Below are positions 9,748 through 18,075 of a stretch of 64,000 nt of DNA, piece by piece. The notes under the pieces were generated by a model, which saw nothing but the letters and a program-made list of their open reading frames with translations, had not been told where the DNA came from and searched no databases. Source of the stretch: Desulfatiglandales bacterium (GTDB taxonomy: Bacteria > Desulfobacterota > DSM-4660 > Desulfatiglandales > HGW-15). Numbering within the stretch: position 1 is the stretch's first letter; every line of letters starts with the position of its first letter. The stretch is from NCBI GenBank assembly GCA_963667015.2, contig CAXXJJ010000001.1, forward strand, positions 1,696,001 to 1,760,000. The letters are read 5' to 3'. Both the position numbers and the translations under genes were made by a program.

Positions 9748-10521
9748 CTATTTAAGAATAAACGGTATCTCAACAACATGCTTTCCGCCTGTCCTTCTCC
9801 CATTCCTGATGCCGGGAGCCCATGGAGGCATGATTTTAACCAGGCGTAACGCCTCCCTGTCGCAGAGACGATGAAGGCTTTCCAGTATTGTCGCTTCAGA
9901 TACATTTCCATGTTCATCCACTGTGAATTCAACAATGACTGTGCCTTCTATCCCCATTCGCTTTGCTGCAACCGGGTATCTGAGATTTTGAGCCAGCCAG
10001 TCCTCAAATGTTATTCCTCCGCCTCTAAAGGAAGGATTAATATCAAAGAAAGGTGCAGGCGGCCCATCCTTCACTCCTTCCGATTCTGTACTTTCCGTTT
10101 CTTCTACAGATTCTACAATTGGAGTTATTTCCTTGATCTCCTCGACCGTTACAATTTCTTCAGGCTCAATTATTTTTTCCGGTGTTACTATCGGCGGAAT
10201 ATATTTTTTAACTTCAGGCGGTTTTACAGCAGCTTTTTTAGGCGGGACATATTTTTTTTTGACCGGTGGCGGGGCAGAGAGTTCGTTATAATCGGTAATC
10301 TGCACATATTTTAAGTTATACGCTTGCGCCTTTTTCTCTTTTTTAATGTTAAGTCCGATAACTACAATAAGGAACAACAGTATAACTGACAGCGCAGAAA
10401 CAGAAAGATAAACCGGATAGTTATGCCTTAACAGGTAGGCTCCGTATGCCCTGTTCCTGTTTTCAAAAACTATCTCTTCCCAGTTGTCCTGATTTGATTT
10501 TTTCATTTGCCTAATTTTCAA
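9748..10521 (-). CDS. tonB: Energy transducer TonB
   Basis: N-terminal 'IVFENRNRAYGAYLLR' + TM, Pro/Lys/Glu-rich linker, TonB C-terminal domain 'LRYPVAAKRMGIEGTVIVEFTVDEHG'. Confidence 0.9.
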   Translation of the reverse strand: MKIRQMKKSNQDNWEEIVFENRNRAYGAYLLRHNYPVYLSVSALSVILLFLIVVIGLNIKKEKKAQAYNLKYVQITDYNELSAPPPVKKKYVPPKKAAVKPPEVKKYIPPIVTPEKIIEPEEIVTVEEIKEITPIVESVEETESTESEGVKDGPPAPFFDINPSFRGGGITFEDWLAQNLRYPVAAKRMGIEGTVIVEFTVDEHGNVSEATILESLHRLCDREALRLVKIMPPWAPGIRNGRRTGGKHVVEIPFILK

Positions 10522-10523
10522 GG

Positions 10524-11045
10524 TTATCCTTTTCCAGTATATGTTTTAAGAATATTCAAATCCTCTTCGGTGATATCAATAAGTGCATAGCGTGCGACTT
10601 CGGTTATCTCAAGCTCATCCAGAATGTTCACAAGGTTTTCGTATGTAGAATCACTGTTGGGCTTGATCAGTACTACCATTTTACTGATTTTATTGTTCTG
10701 CTCCAGAAGTAGTCGCCTGATACCTGTTTCGGAATAATCGGTTTCATGAACTTCGGGATCTGTTATTCCTATAAACCAGTAGAGTTTGTTATCACCGTCC
10801 GGTACAAGGCTTAATACCCTGTCTTCATTCACCATGGGCTGATTCATTTCAGTTTTATCTTCGGGTAAAACCAGGTCCATTACCTGAGGTTTGATAAAGG
10901 TAGTGGTAAGCATAAAAAATGTAAGCAGTAGAAAAGAAAGATCCACGACCGGTGTCATATCAACACGGGGCATTGCCTTATTGCTCTTTTTTACTACCCC
11001 TCTGTTGTTTTTGCCGTTTTCTCGGCCGTTGCTTATTTCACCCAT
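10524..11045 (-). CDS. exbD: ExbD/TolR family protein
   Basis: 'VDMTPVVDLSFLLLTFFMLTT' ExbD TM motif with conserved Asp. Confidence 0.9.
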   Translation of the reverse strand: MGEISNGRENGKNNRGVVKKSNKAMPRVDMTPVVDLSFLLLTFFMLTTTFIKPQVMDLVLPEDKTEMNQPMVNEDRVLSLVPDGDNKLYWFIGITDPEVHETDYSETGIRRLLLEQNNKISKMVVLIKPNSDSTYENLVNILDELEITEVARYALIDITEEDLNILKTYTGKG

Positions 11046-11065
11046 TTTATGAGCCTTTATATCCT

Positions 11066-11668
11066 CTATCCATTATTTTTCTTTTCTGTATCAGTAATAA
11101 GGCTGAACCTGTTGATATCCAGATCCTGCATTGTATCCATAACCTTTTTGATGACAGGGTAGGGTGCAAGCCTGTCGCCTTTGATGACTATCCTTGCATT
11201 TGGGTTTGCAATCTTTGCGTATTTCAGCCATTCGGAAAGCTCATTACTGCCCGTGGCCATTGGTATCCCGGGAAATATTGTATTCTTTTTTACTTCATCA
11301 GGTATGAGGAGATACTCTTTAATCCCTGATGCCGGAACCCCAAAGCTTGCCTGATGTGAAAATAAATCCAGCTCATCCTCGGTAAGGGCAAGGTGCCATT
11401 TGGCGTTTAATATTTTTCCGATGGATCGTAATACTTTTTTTCTATCCGTCATAAAATAAACACCTCCCTCCTTTGAAATCAGAACGGTAACAATATTGGT
11501 ATCAGGCAGCTTTGAATCGGCAGTAGAGCTGGGTATTGAAACCTGTACCGGATCAGGAGGGGTAAACTGGGTCATCATCATAAAAAACGAGACCAGCAGA
11601 AAACCCAGATCCACCATTGGAGTCATGTCTATCCCGTGTTTGTAGCGCGGAGTTTTTCTGGCAGCCAT
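11066..11668 (-). CDS. exbD: ExbD/TolR family protein
   Basis: 'IDMTPMVDLGFLLVSFFM' motif; 'IKGDRLAPYPVIKKVMDTM'. Confidence 0.9.
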   Translation of the reverse strand: MAARKTPRYKHGIDMTPMVDLGFLLVSFFMMMTQFTPPDPVQVSIPSSTADSKLPDTNIVTVLISKEGGVYFMTDRKKVLRSIGKILNAKWHLALTEDELDLFSHQASFGVPASGIKEYLLIPDEVKKNTIFPGIPMATGSNELSEWLKYAKIANPNARIVIKGDRLAPYPVIKKVMDTMQDLDINRFSLITDTEKKNNG

Positions 11669-11679
11669 ATTATATCAAC

Positions 11680-12519
11680 CTATTCATCAATGCGCTTATA
11701 GCTGAATGTGCGAATGATTGCCTGGCTGATTTCTGCGGTCAAAAACATTATTTTATCGATTCTTGTAGTTATATAATTATAAAGCAGTATGGAAAGCATG
11801 GAAGTGCTGATACCCAGTGCAGTACTCATCATTGCTTCGGATATTCCAGTGGCAAGACCTACTGCATCGGGTGCCCCTGCGTGGGCTAACGCCGCAAAGG
11901 CCTTTATCATGCCAAGTACTGTTCCCAGAAGTCCGGTAAGGGTTGAAATGGAAGCAATAGTCGATAGTATAATTATATTTTTTTCCAGCACAGGGATCTC
12001 CATTTCCGAGGCTTCATCCATTTCCTTCTGCAGGGCAAGGGCTTTCTGTTCAAGGGTCAGATCTTCTCTTTTTTGAACATCTTCATATCTTTCAAGTCCT
12101 GCCTTTACTACATTTGCAATGGAGCCCTGCTGCTCGTCACATGCCTCTTTAGCTGCATCAATATTAAAAGCGGAAACATGCTCCTTTATATTTAATACAA
12201 ACTCAACAGGATTTTTATTTCCCCTGGCTTTATAAAGGGTCCAGATCCTTTCGGCAAAGAATGTGAGAACTGCAAGCAGGAAGGTAATGATAACAGGCAC
12301 CGTGATACCGCCTTTATAGACCATGCCCCAGAAATCCCCGGGCAATGGATGATTTGCCGGGTTATTGTCCATAAAATGCGCGGGGTTCCCAAGGATGTAT
12401 TTATAGACAACTATACCGATTATCAGTTCAATCGGTATAACTATGGTAGCAAAAACAGTGCTGGTCTTGTGAAGGGCATATCCGGAGATTTTTTTAGCAG
12501 GTTCCTTTTGTACTTCCAT
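11680..12519 (-). CDS. exbB: MotA/TolQ/ExbB proton channel protein
   Basis: 'STIASISTLTGLLGTVLGMIKAF...LATGISEAMMSTALG' ExbB signature. Confidence 0.92.
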   Translation of the reverse strand: MEVQKEPAKKISGYALHKTSTVFATIVIPIELIIGIVVYKYILGNPAHFMDNNPANHPLPGDFWGMVYKGGITVPVIITFLLAVLTFFAERIWTLYKARGNKNPVEFVLNIKEHVSAFNIDAAKEACDEQQGSIANVVKAGLERYEDVQKREDLTLEQKALALQKEMDEASEMEIPVLEKNIIILSTIASISTLTGLLGTVLGMIKAFAALAHAGAPDAVGLATGISEAMMSTALGISTSMLSILLYNYITTRIDKIMFLTAEISQAIIRTFSYKRIDE

Positions 12520-12818
12520 TGGCGTATATCTCCCTTATGAATAGGAAACCAATTAGTGCCTTAAAAAAGTTTATTGATGGACATTATTTATTCTTATTTC
12601 AGTGCACGGTCTTAGTGCCATTATTTAAAAAAATTTATTTTTCGATGGTAAGGTTTTTCTTATCTTTATCATAAAATACCAAAAATGATACTAAATCCGA
12701 TATTTATTAAAAAACCTTGCATTTGTAAATATCAAAAAAAATACATATTCACTACAGTGATAAACTGTAATAGGTGTTGAATGTTCAACTGCCACTATAT
12801 CTTCATATTTCGTTGCTG

Positions 12819-12974
12819 CTATATCTTGCTGGAATGCTATGGATACCGCGCGGTGCCTCTTTCATGGGCAGATTTTATGGCATTGCACACCTCTCTCCCG
12901 TGAGAGATAAGTACATCCGAAAAACGTCGCCAGCGTTCTTTGGGCAGTATTTTCATTAGGCCTTCTTCAATCTT
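12819..12974 (-). pseudogene. nth: Displaced, degenerate 3' end of endonuclease III (nth)
   Basis: 156 bp colinear with nth 14416..14571: KIEEGLMKILPKERWRRFSDVLISHGREVCNAIKSAHERGTARYP*HSSKI* vs KIEEDIMKILPEDRWRRFSDILIYHGREVCNARKPDHERCIVADLCPSNKI*. Confidence 0.88.
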
Positions 12975-13033
12975 CCATGGATAGTTGTTCCTGAAGATCC
13001 CATCATAGCTGCAAGATTTTTTACAATCAAATG

Positions 13034-13061
13034 ACCTGTTCCATAAATTTATGGAACAGGT
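13034..13061. repeat. Perfect 28-bp palindrome
   Basis: ACCTGTTCCATAAA|TTTATGGAACAGGT. Confidence 0.9.
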
Positions 13062-13659
13062 GGAAAATATCTTCAAGAATCTGCCCAGGTCATTGAAATG
13101 GCGGTCTTTTTAAGAAAATGACCTTCAGATTCTGATGGACATCTCAGAGGAGATCCGGATTGTCGCAATAGATCACAATTTCAATCAGTCACAGGTTGGA
13201 AAGGCAGGCAGAAGCTGGTTAGGCTGAGGGCTGTCAGGTGTTCAATAATCTGGATAGGGGAATATTGCCGATTGCCTGAAATGTAATTCATCGGATTTTT
13301 AACTGTCAGGTATTGGGATTGTCTTAGCGGGAGACTTTCCGGTTTTTAAGCCTTTCCAAAAGGGATATAGATCAGGCCTTGGCGAGTTTTTCCAAATAGC
13401 GCCTGTCTGGAAAGGGCTCTTTACCTAAATCCTGCTGTCAAATAGGGATTTTAATCCTCGAAATACTAAAGCGTTGGTGCGGGGGAAAATTTCTCAAGGT
13501 ATCTTGATAATGCCCAAAGATAGTTCTGTATGGAATGCTTGGGGAAAAATCTAAAAAATATGACTGGGCTTAACTGAAAAATCTGCACAGAACAAGCGCG
13601 TGAGTATAATAGAGGCTCCTCAAAGTATCAATCGGCAACTTATCCCGCTGACATGATGA

Positions 13660-14061
13660 TTATCTTTGAGCGTCAAATTTCAGGCTCAGATCTTTCCATT
13701 CTAAAATTTTTTGATTGGCAGTCATCAGTATTGATGATGTTTGAAGTGCGGTGGCAACTATGAGACGGTCCGCCGGATCTCCGTGAAACCCCTGTAAACC
13801 ACCTGCACGAATGGCAATTGCCCCATCTAAAGGTATCTCATATAATCCGTTTTCAAGTAATTCCCTGCGCCAGACATCCATCTCCAGCCGCATTTCCAAT
13901 CTCCCCTTTTGTATCAGCATGGAAACCTCCCAGAAGCTGATAGCAGAAACTGCAAGGCTGCCGGCACCGAATTCCTCATCAATAAGCTGCAATGCGCTTT
14001 TTCCGAGACGCGCTCCCCTCTCATCAAGCCAGACCAATACATGTGTATCCAGAAGTATCAT
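13660..14061 (-). CDS. vapC: Type II TA toxin, VapC/PIN domain
   Basis: MILLDTHVLVW, SAISFWE, HGDPADRLIVATA PIN motifs; ATG at 14061 overlaps the antitoxin stop (ATGA). Confidence 0.92.
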   Translation of the reverse strand: MILLDTHVLVWLDERGARLGKSALQLIDEEFGAGSLAVSAISFWEVSMLIQKGRLEMRLEMDVWRRELLENGLYEIPLDGAIAIRAGGLQGFHGDPADRLIVATALQTSSILMTANQKILEWKDLSLKFDAQR

Positions 14062-14285
14062 TGTTCCACTTCCCATTGCATGTCTACTGGTTTGATCAGA
14101 TCATCCCGGCTTCGCACTTTGCCTTCATGCAATCCGAATAAACTTTGAGGTTTTGATTTATATGGAACGAGTTTTGAAATCGGCTTGCCGTTTTTCAAAA
14201 TTACGATTTCCTTGCCGCTTTCGTTAACCTCTTCCATCAGTTTGAGGCACTTTGCCTTAAAAACGGATGCGTTGATTGTTTGCAT
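14058..14285 (-). CDS. Type II TA antitoxin, Phd/YefM family
   Basis: MQTINASVFKAKCLKLMEEV...IVILKNGKPISKLVP Phd signature. Confidence 0.92.
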   Translation of the reverse strand: MQTINASVFKAKCLKLMEEVNESGKEIVILKNGKPISKLVPYKSKPQSLFGLHEGKVRSRDDLIKPVDMQWEVEQ

Positions 14286-14301
14286 ATGAAACTCCTTTTT
14301 T

Positions 14302-14342
14302 TGACTTTAATTAACTATAGTCAGATCCATGGTCATTTTCAA
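14302..14342 (-). promoter_or_regulatory. Sigma70 promoter of the Phd-VapC operon with likely autoregulatory operator
   Basis: TTGAAA-17 nt-TATAGT; TGACC/TGACT direct repeats and a TGACT...AGTCA inverted repeat overlap the -10. Confidence 0.65.
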
Positions 14343-14415
14343 GTGGAAAATCGAGTGTAGTACATAGGGATTGATCTCGGATGGAACATTACTGATAGCT
14401 GAAGGCCCTCATAAT

Positions 14416-15057
14416 TCATATTTTATTAGAAGGGCAGAGGTCTGCTACTATACACCTTTCATGGTCCGGCTTCCTGGCATTACAGACCTCTCTGCCATGA
14501 TATATAAGGATGTCCGAAAAACGTCTCCATCTATCTTCCGGTAATATTTTCATGATATCTTCTTCAATCTTGTCAGGATTGCTGTTTTCGGTAAAACCCA
14601 TCCTTATGGACAGTCTTTTAACGTGGGTATCAACAACCACGCCCGGTATACCAAACGTTGCACCCAGCACACAGTTGGCGGTCTTCCTTCCCACTCCCGG
14701 AAGTTTTATCATTTCTTCAAGGGTTCCGGGAACCTTTCCGCCATATAGATCAACCAGTCCCTGGCAGCAGCCTTTTATTGATTTGGTTTTATTCCTGAAA
14801 AAACCAGTGGATCTGATGGCTTCTTCGATTTCAGATATTGGAGCCTTGATAAAGTCAGCAGGAGTTTTGTATTTTTTAAACAGGGCAGGCGTAACTGTGT
14901 TTACCTGTTTATCTGTACACTGTGCAGAAAGTATTGTTGCAATTAGCAGCTGGAATGGTGTTTTATATTTAAGAGCTGTTTTTTCCATGGTATAAAGGGG
15001 ATCGAGGCGGTCAAAAATTTTTACTGCCCTGGATTTTTTACTTTTCATGCTTTCCAT
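14416..15057 (-). CDS. nth: Endonuclease III
   Basis: LLIATILSAQCTD, HhH LPGVGRKTA, VVDTHVKR, C-terminal Fe-S loop. Confidence 0.96.
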   Translation of the reverse strand: MESMKSKKSRAVKIFDRLDPLYTMEKTALKYKTPFQLLIATILSAQCTDKQVNTVTPALFKKYKTPADFIKAPISEIEEAIRSTGFFRNKTKSIKGCCQGLVDLYGGKVPGTLEEMIKLPGVGRKTANCVLGATFGIPGVVVDTHVKRLSIRMGFTENSNPDKIEEDIMKILPEDRWRRFSDILIYHGREVCNARKPDHERCIVADLCPSNKI

Positions 15058-15154
15058 CTAACATATATCCTTTCAAGTACAGGGTATTGGCATTAAAGGC
15101 TCATATTTTAAAAAAAGATATCGTATAAATAATATTTAACCAAGGAAAAACCAT

Positions 15155-15910
15155 ATGAGAATATATAAAAAAAATAGATGTATTATACAAGCTTTACAGG
15201 CTATCTGTTTTTTTGCAGTGATATTTTATCTTGGTTCCTGTAAAATAGTACCCAATGCCCATACCGCAGATCATATCAGCAGCCAGGGAGCAAAGAGTCC
15301 GGACAAAAAAACAGATCAAAAGGGGATTAAAATGGTCGAAAGAGGTCAGCTGACAAAGGAGGAGGGAGAGTATCTTCTCTCTCTTGCAAGAAAAACCATT
15401 GAGGCAAAGCTTTTTAGCAGAGACTTGCCTGAAGACAAAAATAACCTTACTGAAAAATATCTTGAGAAACGCGGGACATTTGTGACTCTTACAATCAACA
15501 GTAACCTCAGGGGTTGTATAGGTCATATTATACCTCAGGAATCTCTGATAGAAGGCATAAGGATCAACGCATTAAACGCAGCCTTTGAGGATCCCCGCTT
15601 TCCCCCGCTTTCTAAAAAGGAGTGGGATAAGGTCAGGGTGGAAATCAGTATCCTGACCGAGCCTGAACATCTTGAATACTCCGATTCTGATGATCTTCTT
15701 AAAAAACTGAGACCGGGTATTGATGGAGTTATCCTGAAAAAGGGGTATGCCCAGGCTACTTTTCTTCCTCAGGTCTGGGATCAGCTTCCTGATAAGGAGG
15801 AGTTCCTGACTCACCTTTGTATGAAGGCCGGCTTGAATGGAGGTGATTGGAAAAAGGGCGATCTCACGGTCTATACCTACCAGGTTCAGGCCTTTGAAGA
15901 AGAGCATTAA
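15155..15910 (+). CDS. amrA: AMMECR1-domain protein (AmmeMemoRadiSam system protein A), with possible lipoprotein signal
   Basis: GTFVTL...LRGCIG, AAFEDPRFPP, VEISIL, ATFLPQVW, LCMKAG; N-terminal FFAVIFYLGSC; alternative start at 15332. Confidence 0.9.
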   Translation: MRIYKKNRCIIQALQAICFFAVIFYLGSCKIVPNAHTADHISSQGAKSPDKKTDQKGIKMVERGQLTKEEGEYLLSLARKTIEAKLFSRDLPEDKNNLTEKYLEKRGTFVTLTINSNLRGCIGHIIPQESLIEGIRINALNAAFEDPRFPPLSKKEWDKVRVEISILTEPEHLEYSDSDDLLKKLRPGIDGVILKKGYAQATFLPQVWDQLPDKEEFLTHLCMKAGLNGGDWKKGDLTVYTYQVQAFEEEH

Positions 15911-15953
15911 ATCATTTAAAATGTATCCAAATCCATAAAACAGTCAAGGTCCG

Positions 15954-18053
15954 ATGAGAGTCGATAAAAGTCTAATTGTCTGGTCCATAATAGGAACAGG
16001 CATATCATCAATTACCGTTCAGCTTGTTACTATTCGTGAATTTCTAACCCAGTTTCGCGGCAATGAAATTACAATCTCGCTGGTCCTTTTCATATGGCTT
16101 CTGCTGAATGGCATTGGAAGCCTTTTAAGTAAATTTATAAGGATATCAAAGGCCTCTACCTATTCTCTGATAATTCTGTTTATAGCTCTCTGGCCGCTTC
16201 TCCAGCTGATCATCATCAGGTATTTTAGAGATATACTAATAGGACACGGGACGTCGCCCGGGTTTTACCAGATATTTTTCTATGTAACAATCACGACAGC
16301 CCCCTATGCCCTTTTGACCGGATATGTACTTCCCTGCGCCCTTGATCTCCTTAAGGTACATCATCATGATTTCACATCGGGCGAGTTGTATATCACGGAT
16401 AATATAGGAGACATACTGGGAGGTGTGATATTCAGCTTTATTCTTGTCTACTGGCTGAATCCCTTTAAAACAATTGCAGTAACTTCAGGTATTTTGGTAC
16501 TTACATCACTTCAATTATTCATCAGGGACAAAAAGAATCACCTGACGGTCATGGCATTGATGGCAGGTGTCGTATTCTGTGTATATTCATTCAATTCCGG
16601 GTTTGAAAAATCGACTCTGGTAAAACAGTATGGCGATATCATACAATACAGGGAGACTCCTATCGGGAGGCTGGTAATAACAGAGGAGGAATCCCAGCAT
16701 ACTTTCTGGGAATCGGGTGCCCCGCTATATTCAGATGGAGATATTATAAGCAGTGAAGAGAAGGTGCATTACCCCATGTGCCAGCTTGATAAACCTCCTG
16801 GAGATGTCCTCCTGATATCAGGCGGTATAGGTGAAACCCTGCCGGAGATATATAAATATCATCCTGAAAATATTGATTATGTTGAGCTTGATCCGGCACT
16901 TACTGATATGGCTGTTGCTGCTGGTATTTTAAGAAAAATGCCCGGTTTGAACATAATAAATCTTGATGCGCGTGCCTTTCTTAAAAAAACTAAAAAAAGA
17001 TATGATGCAATTATTATTGATCTGCCGGAACCGGATACCTTTCAATTGAATCGTTTTTTTACTTCCGAATTTTATGCAATTACAAAAGAGAGACTGAATA
17101 AAAATGGTATTTTATCATTTGGTGTTAAATCTTACGAAAATTATATAAGTGATATTGCTAAAAGTAAATTGTCATCAATGTACAATACTGTAAGTCAATA
17201 TTATAATAATGTTGAGGTTATTCCCGGAAATGAGGCCTATTTTATCTGCTGTGACGGAGGTCTTACTTTGGATATTCCCGCCCGGCTTGAACAAAAATCT
17301 ATAGATACGGAATACATACAATACTACTTTTATGGCAATATTACCCCGGAACGCATTTCTCTCCTTAAAAACAGCCTTGACCCGGATGAATATGTAAACA
17401 CCGATTTTGAACCGAGGTTATTGAATATTTCATTTAAAGAATGGTTCTCAAAGTACGGATCGACACCCACTGCCTTCCTTATCACCGTTATATGTTTTGT
17501 TTTGTTATACATATTTCTTATGAAAAAGGAGGAGTATATCCTTTTTTCTTCCGGTATGGCTTCAATGGCCGTTGAAATGCTTGTAATTTACTGTTTTCAG
17601 ATAATGTATGGCTATGTATACCTGAAGGTAGGCATGCTGGTAACGGCATTTCTTTTCGGGCTTCTGCCCGGTGCTGCCATAGGGAATTTATTCAGGCAGA
17701 AAAGATTTTCCGGGCTTCTCCTCTCAGAAATTTTGATTATAGGCCTATTATTCTCTTTTTTTATCTGGATAAGTTTTATAAAATCAGACCTCCATCAGAT
17801 ATGGTTCATCATATACAGTATCCTGTTTACATTTCTCTGCGGATTCCAGTTTCCGGTTGTAACGGGGATAATTGGTGAAAAAAACAGTCCTGCTGCAGGA
17901 TGTCTGGCGGCTGATCTTGCAGGCGCAGCAACAGGGACATTGCTTGCAGGTACGTTGCTGGTCCCGCTGGCAGGGATTCAGGCTACGGTAATTATTATAA
18001 TATGTATAAAAATAACCAGCAGTTTAATTATTCTTTTTAGCAGCAAAACCTGA
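15954..18053 (+). CDS. Multi-pass membrane protein with central spermidine-synthase-like SAM-binding domain
   Basis: N- and C-terminal TM bundles; VLLISGGIG, VELDP, DARAFL, YDAIIIDLPEP, FFTSEFY. Confidence 0.8.
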   Translation: MRVDKSLIVWSIIGTGISSITVQLVTIREFLTQFRGNEITISLVLFIWLLLNGIGSLLSKFIRISKASTYSLIILFIALWPLLQLIIIRYFRDILIGHGTSPGFYQIFFYVTITTAPYALLTGYVLPCALDLLKVHHHDFTSGELYITDNIGDILGGVIFSFILVYWLNPFKTIAVTSGILVLTSLQLFIRDKKNHLTVMALMAGVVFCVYSFNSGFEKSTLVKQYGDIIQYRETPIGRLVITEEESQHTFWESGAPLYSDGDIISSEEKVHYPMCQLDKPPGDVLLISGGIGETLPEIYKYHPENIDYVELDPALTDMAVAAGILRKMPGLNIINLDARAFLKKTKKRYDAIIIDLPEPDTFQLNRFFTSEFYAITKERLNKNGILSFGVKSYENYISDIAKSKLSSMYNTVSQYYNNVEVIPGNEAYFICCDGGLTLDIPARLEQKSIDTEYIQYYFYGNITPERISLLKNSLDPDEYVNTDFEPRLLNISFKEWFSKYGSTPTAFLITVICFVLLYIFLMKKEEYILFSSGMASMAVEMLVIYCFQIMYGYVYLKVGMLVTAFLFGLLPGAAIGNLFRQKRFSGLLLSEILIIGLLFSFFIWISFIKSDLHQIWFIIYSILFTFLCGFQFPVVTGIIGEKNSPAAGCLAADLAGAATGTLLAGTLLVPLAGIQATVIIIICIKITSSLIILFSSKT

Positions 18054-18075
18054 AGCCGGGAGTAACTAGCTGATT

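Larger units (their letters stand above)
12819..14571. mobile_element. Degenerate integrative islet inserted in the nth 3' end, carrying a Phd-VapC TA module
   Basis: Direct duplication of the nth 3' end (offset 1597 bp) flanks the TA pair; no intact integrase seen. Confidence 0.6.

Noticed and set aside
12553..12620. GGCAC motifs upstream of exbB as sigma54 promoters
   Set aside because: GG-N10-GC spacing is not met at either site.
12837..13076. 79-aa ORF as a real gene
   Set aside because: Chimeric: only the second half is the nth 3' fragment; treated as a pseudogene.
13481..13552. Minus-strand peptide RFFPKHSIQNYLWALSRYLEKF faintly resembling a tyrosine-recombinase N-terminal helix
   Set aside because: Too short, surrounded by stops and without catalytic motifs; needs BLASTx.
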